In this document: positions 15,323 to 24,040 of the stretch, one piece after another
How positions within the stretch are numbered: position 1 is the stretch's first letter
How the letters are laid out: the number at the start of each line of letters is the position of its first letter
Source: Candidatus Poribacteria bacterium
GTDB taxonomy: Bacteria > Poribacteria > WGA-4E > UBA9662
Length of the DNA: 32,000 nucleotides
Assembly (NCBI GenBank): GCA_002709695.1
Contig: PAQF01000013.1
Location: 10,504-42,503 of the forward strand
Reading direction: 5' to 3'
Made by a program: the position numbers and the translations under genes
The notes under the pieces: model-generated
Seen by the model: the letters and a program-made list of their open reading frames with translations, nothing else
Databases searched by the model: none
Told to the model about the DNA's origin: nothing

Positions 15323-15694
15323 TTAATCCCAAATTGTGCTTCCGGAAGTCTGGGTGTACTCATTGTAACTTTCTAAATAATCTTCCCTTAAAGGACTAAA
15401 AGCATCCAGGACTTTAGCAGGACCTTTCAATACAGTCCCTGAATGTACCATGTTCGCTGGTACAATAAACGCATCTCCTGGTCCCATAATTTTTTCTTCT
15501 GTTCCAATCTTGAATTGAAGTTTCCCTTCCAGTACCAACCCAGCTTGTTCGTGCGGATGACTATGTGCTGGTACTTGGCTGCCTTCTTCCATTTCCAAAA
15601 AGGAAAACATGATTTGTTCGCCCGCGATGATACCACTCATAGCACCGGGGAACAATTCGATTTTGGGTAGTTTAGTACTTGATACAAATGGCAT
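15323..15694 (-). CDS. Cupin-2 domain protein
   Basis: Metal-binding pattern HSHPHEQ...G...GD..ivPanvvHs, ~120 aa single-domain cupin. Confidence 0.75.
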   Translation of the reverse strand: MPFVSSTKLPKIELFPGAMSGIIAGEQIMFSFLEMEEGSQVPAHSHPHEQAGLVLEGKLQFKIGTEEKIMGPGDAFIVPANMVHSGTVLKGPAKVLDAFSPLREDYLESYNEYTQTSGSTIWD

Positions 15695-15731
15695 TTAGAC
15701 TCCTTTCAAATTTACGAATGAAGATGCTACA

Positions 15732-16496
15732 CTATTTTGAAATTCCAAATTGAAATTGACGATCCTGATAAGATTCACTTGTACGATTAAAAACACGTTC
15801 AACAAAAGTCACCTGTTCGTTAACATCAATCTGGATCACTGTTGAAGAACGAGTTCCATATTTATCAGATTGGATGAATATAGGTGATAACAACCGTTCT
15901 CTTTCTGGTGGCAAACCAGTATTAAATGAATCCTGATCAGCTGGTGTCTGGTCGTCCAAAATGGAAAGGAAGTCTGAAGTCTGAACTGAGTTGGCTTTTA
16001 GCATACAGTCAAGAGCCTTTTTCCCTCTAGCAACCTTGTGCCATGGAGTATCCAGCAAATGGTTACTTAGGCCATACAACCCCGGTGCTAAGACCCGGTA
16101 GTTTTCCGTACGATTAGAGATATAAACCACTTGGTTTACATCTCCAATCAACAGGTTGAATCCATTAAATTTCTGGGCTTGCCTTTGTATCGTTTTTGCG
16201 TATACGTCTGGTGATTCAGTACCAATCAGAAAATCCCGTACTAAAACGCCACGGGATACCGGCTTCATTTGGGTATTATGTGGTTCTCTGTAGTTGGAGA
16301 GTGCCGACCACCTTCCAGTTTTAGTAATTCCCAACCAAGTTCCTTCATGCATCAAATCTTTCCCAGCTAATACTTCTGGATATGTTGACCAGAAACTAGC
16401 CTTAGCCGTTGGCCGATCATAGAATTCATCCCTATTAGCACATAAGACAAGTGGATACCGTGAATCCTTCTGAAAGGCAAACAGGACAAGACACAT
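15732..16496 (-). CDS. NRDE family (TANGO2/DUF833-like) protein
   Basis: N-terminal MCLVLFAF and the eponymous LVLCANRDEFYDRPT motif, with family-typical length. Confidence 0.8.
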   Translation of the reverse strand: MCLVLFAFQKDSRYPLVLCANRDEFYDRPTAKASFWSTYPEVLAGKDLMHEGTWLGITKTGRWSALSNYREPHNTQMKPVSRGVLVRDFLIGTESPDVYAKTIQRQAQKFNGFNLLIGDVNQVVYISNRTENYRVLAPGLYGLSNHLLDTPWHKVARGKKALDCMLKANSVQTSDFLSILDDQTPADQDSFNTGLPPERERLLSPIFIQSDKYGTRSSTVIQIDVNEQVTFVERVFNRTSESYQDRQFQFGISK

Positions 16497-16648
16497 AAAA
16501 AAAACCTTTAAATATAATGTTGGAATACTGCTTAAACCGAACTAGATGATGTTGACTAAAACACAAATAAAATTCTTCTTAATGCCAATATATCGTAAAG
16601 GAACTGAATGGTGAGATCAAGATCTTTCTTTTTTTCCAATCATCGTGG

Positions 16649-16657
16649 TGTTATACT
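16649..16657 (+). promoter_or_regulatory. Extended -10 element (TGtTATACT) inside the track's over-long ORF
   Basis: TGTTATACT sits 47 nt upstream of ATG 16704. No good -35 is seen. Confidence 0.35.
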
Positions 16658-16703
16658 GGCGAACGTCATTTTGACCAGGGTTAATAACAAGGATAAAATA
16701 TTA

Positions 16704-17447
16704 ATGAAGTTCTTAAAAGCTTTTTTACTTATTTCAGCTATAGCGTTAATCTCATTATCTTCTACCCTAGCTTTCGAAAATAAATTGGTTGGTTATTGGT
16801 CGTTTGACGAAGGGAAAGGATCACCAAAGGATGCTTCTGGTAATGAGAATCATGGTAAAATCGCAGGTGAACCCCGCTGGGTGGATGGCAAGTTTGGTAA
16901 AGCACTTGAGTTTGACGGAAAAGATGACCATATTGTGGTGAAAGATCATCCCACCCTAGATTTTACTAAGAATCTGACAATTATGGCTTGGTTTATGCCA
17001 AAGGAGGTTATGACTAAACGTAGGATGATGTCAAAAAATGATTCGATTTTTGTCATGTTCGATTTTGGTGATTCAAATACAATTGACCTTTTGGTTAAAC
17101 CAAATAACGATTTTGTCGAATCCAAAACCTCAGACTGGAAAGTTGATCAATGGTATCATTTTGCTGGAACCTATGATGGGAAATTCCTTCGTCTCTATGT
17201 TGACGGAAAACTGGAGGGCGAAAAGAAATATGGAGAGGGTATAGCCCCATCAGATCTTGACTTTTGGATTGGCGGTGACGATTATGGGAGACCAACCGAT
17301 CACTTTCCCGGAATCATCGACGAAGTTCGTATTTACAAACATGCTTTGAACGAAAACCAAATTCAAAAAGTAAAAGAAGCACCTGCAATGCTTCAAGCAG
17401 ATGGAAACTCTACCACAATCTGGGGAGCAATTAAGTCACTTCAATAA
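16704..17447 (+). CDS. Secreted LamG-domain protein (divergent paralog 4)
   Basis: ATG 16704 gives a clean signal peptide (MKFLKAFLLISAIALISLSSTLA). WSFDEGKG, WYHFAGTYDG, IDEVRIYKHALNENQI, and C-terminal STTIWGAIKSLQ. Confidence 0.8.
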   Translation: MKFLKAFLLISAIALISLSSTLAFENKLVGYWSFDEGKGSPKDASGNENHGKIAGEPRWVDGKFGKALEFDGKDDHIVVKDHPTLDFTKNLTIMAWFMPKEVMTKRRMMSKNDSIFVMFDFGDSNTIDLLVKPNNDFVESKTSDWKVDQWYHFAGTYDGKFLRLYVDGKLEGEKKYGEGIAPSDLDFWIGGDDYGRPTDHFPGIIDEVRIYKHALNENQIQKVKEAPAMLQADGNSTTIWGAIKSLQ

Positions 17448-17657
17448 AGACAAAAATATCGTCGATGCTGATAAAATAAATTTAAGCTATTTAAGAACAT
17501 TCAATCATTCATCTGGTCAATATTGAAAATTCTGTGTCGCCTCCTATGACAAACAAACCAAGCTTAATCCTAATGATTGACGTGAAATACTATTCGGTTC
17601 ACAATCTCGCCATGTACCCCTAAGTTAACTGTACAAATGAATTGGGGGAAATCCTAA

Positions 17658-17966
17658 TTTCGGACGAAGCTTTTTTGATATAGGAGCCTAGCGACTATGA
17701 GAGATGCTTTTGTTTTCGAACAGCAAACTTGGCATGGTATCGGTCACAATTGGTCTGGCAAACCAAGAAAAACTATCTTTGTTGGTTATGCTTATCGCCA
17801 GGTCAAACCTATGAATTACGTGATAATGGCAAAAGAGATCATCGATCAATGCAACCCCGTTCAGAAACAATTACTAGGCATTGTTGATAGCCCATTGAGT
17901 TACTATCTTCCTCAGGATAAAGATGTCCCATTTAAATCATTAACCACCTTAAATTCACAGAGGTGA
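17658..17966 (+). pseudogene. C-terminal fragment of a PhyH-family dioxygenase (N-terminal ~170 aa missing)
   Basis: QQTWHGIGHNWSGKPRKTIFVGYAY carries the distal His and the N.S...R block only. Just 210 nt separate it from the upstream LamG gene, which leaves no room for the H-x-D half. Confidence 0.5.
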
Positions 17967-17997
17967 AATTCTGCACAAACCCAGAAGTTAACCCCTT

Positions 17998-18891
17998 ATG
18001 GACATTATCAACGAAGAAGCACCTGATATCCGTTCAGTCAAAGCGGATTTGATTGTCCCTCCAATGACCTCTGGACAGCCTGAACGTGGGAAACGAGTAC
18101 AACAAACCATTCCAGAATATAGGGAAACTGAGGTGTACCATACACTTTATCTACCTTTTAATTGGAGGAATGATAGACAATATCCGCTTCTGGTTGAATT
18201 TGCTGGTAATGGACCTTACCATGATAAGTATCATGATACCAATAGCGGTCGTGTTGAAGATAGTAACCTCGGATTTGGTATTTCTGCTGGATATAATTTT
18301 ATTTGGCTTTGTTTACCCTATTTGAATAATCTTGGTACAACCAATGTAACTCAATGGTGGGGAAACATATCTGATTACCATGTTGAACCAACCTTGAATT
18401 ATTGTAAAAACGCAGTGCCATGGATCTGCAAACAATATAATGGAAACCTTGATTCGGTTATTATAACTGGCTTCTCGCGTGGAGCTATTGCTTGCAATTA
18501 CATAGGATTGAATGATGATGAGATTTCTCGACTGTGGACAGCTTTTATTCCATATAGCCATTATGATGGGGTTATAGAAACATGGGACTACCCCGCATGT
18601 AATCGCGCTTCCGCACTAACTCGTCTTAATAGATTAAAGGCCCGACCTCAATTCATCTGCCACGAAACAATCAATGGCCAACAGATCGGCTTAGATTCAA
18701 CCAAGTCCTACTTAGATTCTACAGGAATTCAAGCTCCTCTAACCTTTAAGGAAACAGGGTTTCGGAATCACAGTGATGCTTGGATTCTACGTTCGTGCCC
18801 AACTCGAAAAGCACTGAGGCGTTGGTTAAAATCCATACTCACGACATCTTTAACAGAACTTCCTGGCTTCGAAAAGCACCAATGGGTCTAG
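17998..18891 (+). CDS. Putative alpha/beta-hydrolase (esterase-like)
   Basis: Nucleophile-elbow GFSRGA (GxSxG) after a beta-strand (SVIITG). The upstream YPLLVEFAGNG resembles esterase / PHB-depolymerase-type folds. No signal peptide. Confidence 0.45.
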   Translation: MDIINEEAPDIRSVKADLIVPPMTSGQPERGKRVQQTIPEYRETEVYHTLYLPFNWRNDRQYPLLVEFAGNGPYHDKYHDTNSGRVEDSNLGFGISAGYNFIWLCLPYLNNLGTTNVTQWWGNISDYHVEPTLNYCKNAVPWICKQYNGNLDSVIITGFSRGAIACNYIGLNDDEISRLWTAFIPYSHYDGVIETWDYPACNRASALTRLNRLKARPQFICHETINGQQIGLDSTKSYLDSTGIQAPLTFKETGFRNHSDAWILRSCPTRKALRRWLKSILTTSLTELPGFEKHQWV

Positions 18892-19098
18892 GTCATTGAT
18901 GGTAGTAATAAGATTCATTGGCCTTTTGTTCTGTGTGTTGGGCTTCCTTCGCCGGGTTCTCCTCTTTTCTATGATTCGTCAATGACAATATAATGCTCAA
19001 CCATGTTCTTATCAAACTGAAAGAAGAACAAGGAGACTAAAAGAAACGGGGAGACATGTGCACCAAAAACTTGTTATACAGGTAAAGTTATCTAAAGT

Positions 19099-20040
19099 AT
19101 GAAAACGCAATGGATACATGCATGTAAAGTATTAGCAATAAGTCTGTGTTGTATGGTTGGGCACAACTTTCTGGAAGCAAGAGAACTAACCTCAGGTGAT
19201 ATTTTCCCTATTGATCGAGTCCTAGATATTCAAATTACTGTTGATGCCAAGGATTGGGATACCATCCGCTTTCAATCGCGTAATATTTTTGAGGCACTGC
19301 AAGAAAGGCGACAACATGCTCCCCTTGATCATCCTTATACTTACGTTGAGGCCAGTGTGTCCATCGATGGAGTTGAATTTCCTCAGGTTGGCATTCGTAA
19401 AAAAGGGTTCATTGGTTCTCAAAACTCCATCCGTCCATCTCTTAAAATCAAACTCAATCATATAGATAAAGATAGACGAATTGATGGATTAACCAATTTG
19501 ACCTTTAACAATAATCAATCAGATGTCAGCTTGATTAGCCAGTTTATAGGTTATGGTTTGTTTAATGCCGCCGGTTCACCAGCTCCCCGTTGTGCCTATG
19601 CTAAGTTGACAGTGAATGGCCAAAGCTTGGGTATTTATACCCATGTAGAAAGAATACATCGTCCATTGCTAAAACGAGCTTTTGGTAATACAAATGGGGT
19701 CTTGTATGAAGGTACAGCGGTTGATTTTAATCCTGGCTGGGTAGGAAGTTTCGAACACAAGTTAGGCTCAGACGAAGTCGGTCGAAATAGGATTCAACGG
19801 TTGATTGATGTCTTAGGCAGCCCAGATAAAGATATAGAGTTGGCCATAGGTGAATTGGTTGACCTGGACTCTTTTTATACCTTTTGGGCCATGGAAGGAT
19901 TACTCAGTTTTTGGGATGGATATTCAGGCAACAAGAATAACTCTTTCATCTATCTCAATCCAGAGACGGACAAATTCCACTTCATCCCCTGGGGAGCAGA
20001 TTGTATGTTCGAGAGATACAGCCCATCAGAGGAACGATAG
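19099..20040 (+). CDS. CotH kinase-family protein with signal peptide, probably 3'-truncated or frameshifted
   Basis: GIRKKGFIGS..SLKIKLN, LTFNNNQSDVSLISQFIGYGLFNAAG.PAPRCAYAKLTVNGQSLGIYTHVE and GVLYEG match CotH blocks. The ORF ends ~20 aa after FIPWGAD. CotH-like sequence (LRAHRLYQLESGRQRY) continues in the +1 frame. Confidence 0.65.
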   Translation: MKTQWIHACKVLAISLCCMVGHNFLEARELTSGDIFPIDRVLDIQITVDAKDWDTIRFQSRNIFEALQERRQHAPLDHPYTYVEASVSIDGVEFPQVGIRKKGFIGSQNSIRPSLKIKLNHIDKDRRIDGLTNLTFNNNQSDVSLISQFIGYGLFNAAGSPAPRCAYAKLTVNGQSLGIYTHVERIHRPLLKRAFGNTNGVLYEGTAVDFNPGWVGSFEHKLGSDEVGRNRIQRLIDVLGSPDKDIELAIGELVDLDSFYTFWAMEGLLSFWDGYSGNKNNSFIYLNPETDKFHFIPWGADCMFERYSPSEER

Positions 20041-20513
20041 ATATGATCCCCTCTCGGTTAAGAAACAAGGCTTGAGAGCACACAGACTGTATCAGCTTGA
20101 ATCTGGGCGGCAACGTTATCGCCAGGCGCGAACAGCTATGCTCCAGCCACCCCGGTTACCGATGGTGAATGGCTCTACATCCCCCGTCTGGAATTATCCA
20201 CTAAAATCCAGAAAAACCTTCTTTGACGACGGTCACGGCGCCCCTCTGCCACCCACGATGGTCAGGTTGTTTTCTACCCGTGATACCAGAATTAGGGAGG
20301 CTCAAGAATGTGAATCGAAGGTGCCTCTTCCTTTTTGCTTGAATCGTCAAAAATACAAACCAATAAGCCACTTTATCGTCTATAATATCAGACGAACGAA
20401 AATAGTGAAATCAAACAGATTATCCTTGATAGCAGGTGTATGCCTAGTCGAATTTGGCCGTTTGAATTATCGCTAGTACAAAGATGTCTCTCACGAAGGA
20501 AATGTTTTTTTAA

Positions 20514-21179
20514 ATGAACATAGATGCGCTTAGTAAACTTTTAACCCCTTATTCTTTAGCCACGGCTTCTTCAGTGAGTCTTAATTTGCTTCTTGCCTTC
20601 ATATTGGGATTGGTCATTGCTGCTATCTATAAATGGACCCACATGGGGATGCCCGCAGAGACTTTTACCAATACTCTTATTATACTTTGTATGTTAATTT
20701 CAGTCGTGATGGTGGTTATAGGCGAGAGTGTGGCGCGTGCTTTCAGCTTGGTGGGAGCACTCTCGATTATTCGTTTTCGGACCGTAGTTCGGGATCCACG
20801 TGACATCGCCTTTGTTTTTTTTGCTTTAGCAATTGGTATGGGTGTTGGGGCGGGTAATCCATCAGTTTCTATCATTGGTACATTTCTAGTTGGCACAGTG
20901 ATCCTTGGCCTTCACGGTTGGCAGACAAACAATGCGGATAAACAGGAATTTCTAGTTACTTTCCGTGTTCCCATTTGTGATGAGTTTGAGCAATATTACC
21001 AATCAGTTTTCAATGATCAACTGTCGACTTATCGGAGACTCAGTAGAAAAGCAACCTCATCAGGTACAGTTGAGTTGGAATATCGAGTAAAACTCAAGCA
21101 CCCTGAGCAATGGGCACAGTTCATACAGGAGCTTTCAATTACAGAAGATATTACTAAAGTTAAGGCAACTAAGTTTTAA
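20514..21179 (+). CDS. DUF4956 domain membrane protein
   Basis: GALSIIRFRTVVRDPRDIAFVFFALAIGMGVGAG is the hallmark DUF4956 block. About 4 TM segments plus a soluble C-terminus. Confidence 0.75.
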   Translation: MNIDALSKLLTPYSLATASSVSLNLLLAFILGLVIAAIYKWTHMGMPAETFTNTLIILCMLISVVMVVIGESVARAFSLVGALSIIRFRTVVRDPRDIAFVFFALAIGMGVGAGNPSVSIIGTFLVGTVILGLHGWQTNNADKQEFLVTFRVPICDEFEQYYQSVFNDQLSTYRRLSRKATSSGTVELEYRVKLKHPEQWAQFIQELSITEDITKVKATKF

Positions 21180-21672
21180 GCTAGCAAATATAGCGGACTG
21201 TTCTTACCTATGCCTTCAAAACTTGGGGTAGAATTGGTTTCGTAAATACTGTGACCATTATTACTCTCAACATCAAATCCATGTCTCCTATATTCAATGT
21301 GTGATATTAATCTGGGTCTTTCTAAAGGTGGTAACTCCATCCTTTTTCAATATCATTGACCTCACTTCTGTTATCCCAGGTGATTTTGGTGTTTAAATCT
21401 CTGTCCGCTTTTGCCTTTGACATAGATGTCCTACCATTCTGCCAGCAATTGCGGTAACTTCTTATCTTCCATATGGTCCAATTTAGTCTTTTGTACGGTA
21501 ACAATTTTTTTGTTTATTAAGTAAACGAAGCTTAGTTTGGTTACGCTTTACTTGGTGTAGTAGTTGGCTTTTCTCATTTTTGCCGCGACTTCAACAACTT
21601 CTTACATTTACACTCCTTGCTATATCATAAATGATCCTTTCCTTAATTATTTAATGAAATCAGGAGAATATC

Positions 21673-22293
21673 ATGAAACAGACAAAAACGTCCTATTGGT
21701 CAATAATGAGCTCGCTGGTTGTGTTGATCATTTGTGTTGCATGCAGTTCCAAAAAGATTGTGGAGCGCATTGAAGCAGATACGACCATTGATCTTTCGGG
21801 ACGGTGGAACGATACAGATTCCCGTCAGGTCTCCGAAGCGATGATCATAGACTGTTTAAATCATTCTTGGATTACCAATCACTCCACTAATTCCGGAGGT
21901 AAAAAGCCTGTTGTCATTGTCGGGGCAATTCGCAACCGGAGTATGGAGCATGTTGCGATCAGTGCGTTTATCAATGATATCGAACGCGCTTTTATCAATT
22001 CTGGGCGAGTTTCCATAGTTGCAAGCGCAACAGAACGAGATGAAATTCGTGCAGAGAAGGAGGATCAGAGAGTGTATTCAAGCCTAAAAACCATCAAAGA
22101 AATGGGGCTTGAGTACGGAGCAGACTACATGATGACTGGAGAAATAAATTCTATCGAAGATCGTGAAGGTGGGACACAGATCACCTATTATCAAGTGGAT
22201 TTAGCTTTGACTAATATTGAGACGAACGAAAAAATCTGGTTGGGGCAAAAGAAGATCAAAAAAATCATTGAGCGCAAGCGAATTAGTTTTTAG
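21673..22293 (+). CDS. LpoB-family (COG3417-like) lipoprotein
   Basis: Lipobox ICVA|C and SD AGGAG. The pattern W......M...(pvv.V..i.N.s.e.v....f.n.ie.a..nsgr...V)....GADYmmtGei.......y....l.l.n.et.e.iW matches the LpoB fold family by eye. Confidence 0.55.
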   Translation: MKQTKTSYWSIMSSLVVLIICVACSSKKIVERIEADTTIDLSGRWNDTDSRQVSEAMIIDCLNHSWITNHSTNSGGKKPVVIVGAIRNRSMEHVAISAFINDIERAFINSGRVSIVASATERDEIRAEKEDQRVYSSLKTIKEMGLEYGADYMMTGEINSIEDREGGTQITYYQVDLALTNIETNEKIWLGQKKIKKIIERKRISF

Positions 22294-22302
22294 CCTCGAT
22301 TT

Positions 22303-23847
22303 ATGCCACCGCGATTGCCTTACCAAATGTTACTTGTAAAAAAGTGGGTTCGTGTTTTAACTGGATCAATGCGTGGGATATACGATCGGCCCTTGGTGTT
22401 GTGTCCACATGGGCGATGTGTCTGGGTTCTATGTTTTGTGTTTCTCCTTCTGTTTCTTTTGGTAGGATGTGACCGTTACAGCATGCATCGCGTGCGCCTC
22501 GCATTTCAAGAAGGAAGATTTGATGATGCACTTAGGCAACTTGATAAGGCTACCACAGAAAAAAGTCAGCTTCCTTATTTGTTTGAGCATGCCCTGATTG
22601 CTCACTACGCGAGCCATTTTGAAGAAAGCAATAGGATATTTGAACAGGCGGAGATATTAGTCGAAGAACTTTACACCAAAAGCTTCTTACGAGAATCCAT
22701 ATCGTTGATAGCTTCGGACAACATTCGTCCATATTCAGGTACACGTTACGAAAGGTTTCTCGTTCACTATTATCGTATTCTTAACTATGTTTATCTGAAC
22801 CTTCAGGATGATGCATTGGTAGAGTGTCGACGAGCTGAAAGACTTCGTCAATACTATGTAGATGAGGACCCAACTTACAATTTTGCCGGGTCGGCATTTC
22901 TTGGTTATTTATCAGGGATTGTTTATGAATGGGCTGGAGATTGGAATGATGCCTATATAGCCTATCGTTGGGCAGAAACTGGATATCAAAGGTATGGAGA
23001 GCCTCTTGGTATTTCTTTGCCAACGGACATTGGGCACGCATTGGTTCGGTTATCCCGTTTTTTGGGCTTCAAGCAGGAAGTTGAGCGTTATGTGCTACTG
23101 TATGGTGAACCTCCTCAATGCCCTTCAGGCTCAGGAGAACTTATTCTTATTTATGAAAGTGGATTTGTGCCACCAAAAATTGAGGAGGAACTTTTTTTCC
23201 CTGTTTTTAAGACAGACCCATTCATACATCAAAAAGGAGCTGATGAGAACGAGATTCTGGAGTTTGCTAATCTTGTTGTGCATAGACAAAGTTCTGACTA
23301 TGAGGAAGCTGAGCTAGAATATCTTATGCGATTAGCTATTCCCGCTTATATTTCCAAGCGTCCGGATTTGATAGGAGTTAGGGCGGAAGTTAGGTGCACT
23401 TCTGGAATTCAAGGACGAAGGGGTATTGATGAAATCTCTAGTTTAGGACAGGAGTGGGAGACCTTCCAAGCTCGTGGGGTATTAGTGGAGGATATCGAAG
23501 GTTCAGTGTTCGCAACGTTCGAGACTGATCATAAAGTAATTCTTCTTCGCACCGCTATACGTTCTATACTTAAGTATCTTGCTTTTCGTGGTGTAGATGG
23601 AGAAGATGGGTTTGTTGGGGGTTTGGTTGATTTTCTGAACGTGGCGTCAGAGAGGGCAGATACTCGCTCGTGGGAAACATTGCCAAATCAGATTTTTATA
23701 GCACGAATGTTTGTGCCTGCTGGAGTACATAATGTCACTCTCTCATTTTTGGATGTGGATGGCAATTGGGGGCGAACTAAAACATTTTCAAATGTCGATG
23801 TCAGAGCAAATAGAAAGGCCTTTTTGAATTACCGCTCGTTTGAGTAG
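22303..23847 (+). CDS. Large hypothetical lipoprotein with a TPR-like helical N-terminal region
   Basis: Lipobox LLVG|C at aa ~56. The start is uncertain (22303, 22327 or 22369). It begins 9 nt after the LpoB-like gene. Confidence 0.5.
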   Translation: MPPRLPYQMLLVKKWVRVLTGSMRGIYDRPLVLCPHGRCVWVLCFVFLLLFLLVGCDRYSMHRVRLAFQEGRFDDALRQLDKATTEKSQLPYLFEHALIAHYASHFEESNRIFEQAEILVEELYTKSFLRESISLIASDNIRPYSGTRYERFLVHYYRILNYVYLNLQDDALVECRRAERLRQYYVDEDPTYNFAGSAFLGYLSGIVYEWAGDWNDAYIAYRWAETGYQRYGEPLGISLPTDIGHALVRLSRFLGFKQEVERYVLLYGEPPQCPSGSGELILIYESGFVPPKIEEELFFPVFKTDPFIHQKGADENEILEFANLVVHRQSSDYEEAELEYLMRLAIPAYISKRPDLIGVRAEVRCTSGIQGRRGIDEISSLGQEWETFQARGVLVEDIEGSVFATFETDHKVILLRTAIRSILKYLAFRGVDGEDGFVGGLVDFLNVASERADTRSWETLPNQIFIARMFVPAGVHNVTLSFLDVDGNWGRTKTFSNVDVRANRKAFLNYRSFE

Positions 23848-23974
23848 TTATCCGATTAAACCCTGATTTGTAATTTCAATGGGAATCCATTCTGCGGAAT
23901 TAAGTCACAAAATTGTCATATATCTTTGATACCTCCTCAAATTTAGTAACCTATAATTTTGCTATTATCCATTC

Positions 23975-24040
23975 GTGTCCTGCATTCTTTCCTTGAGTAA
24001 ATTCCTGCCACATATTTCCATATGCAGGGCACGTTTTTTT
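23975..24040 (+). terminator. Terminator-like structure downstream of the 514-aa gene
   Basis: 10-bp stem GTGTCCTGCA / TGCAGGGCAC (one U.G) followed by G + T7. The 38-nt loop is unusually long, and an alternative inner stem CCTGC (24004-08) / GCAGG (24024-28) is possible. Confidence 0.4.

Noticed and set aside
16608-16703. N-terminal 32-aa extension of LamG paralog 4 (track start 16608)
   Set aside because: The extension is not signal-peptide-like and contains a TGTTATACT -10 box. ATG 16704 gives a canonical signal peptide like the other paralogs.
19850-20476. 208-aa ORF as a real gene
   Set aside because: It overlaps the CotH 3' end out of frame, and most of its translation is Arg/Pro-rich nonsense. 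Only a short stretch (about 20040-20130) looks like displaced CotH sequence, so it is treated as evidence of a frameshift rather than a gene.
20041-20513. Hidden VTC/polyphosphate-polymerase gene between CotH and DUF4956
   Set aside because: I translated all three forward frames by eye. Each has multiple stops, and none shows VTC-type blocks (R.ElKY, SlYfD, lRiR.Y, flEiK).
21322-21504. 60-aa minus-strand ORF and surrounding 21180..21670 as a transposase or mobile-element remnant
   Set aside because: It has a TTG start only, no recognisable transposase, integrase or HNH motif, and no flanking inverted repeats. It is left unannotated.
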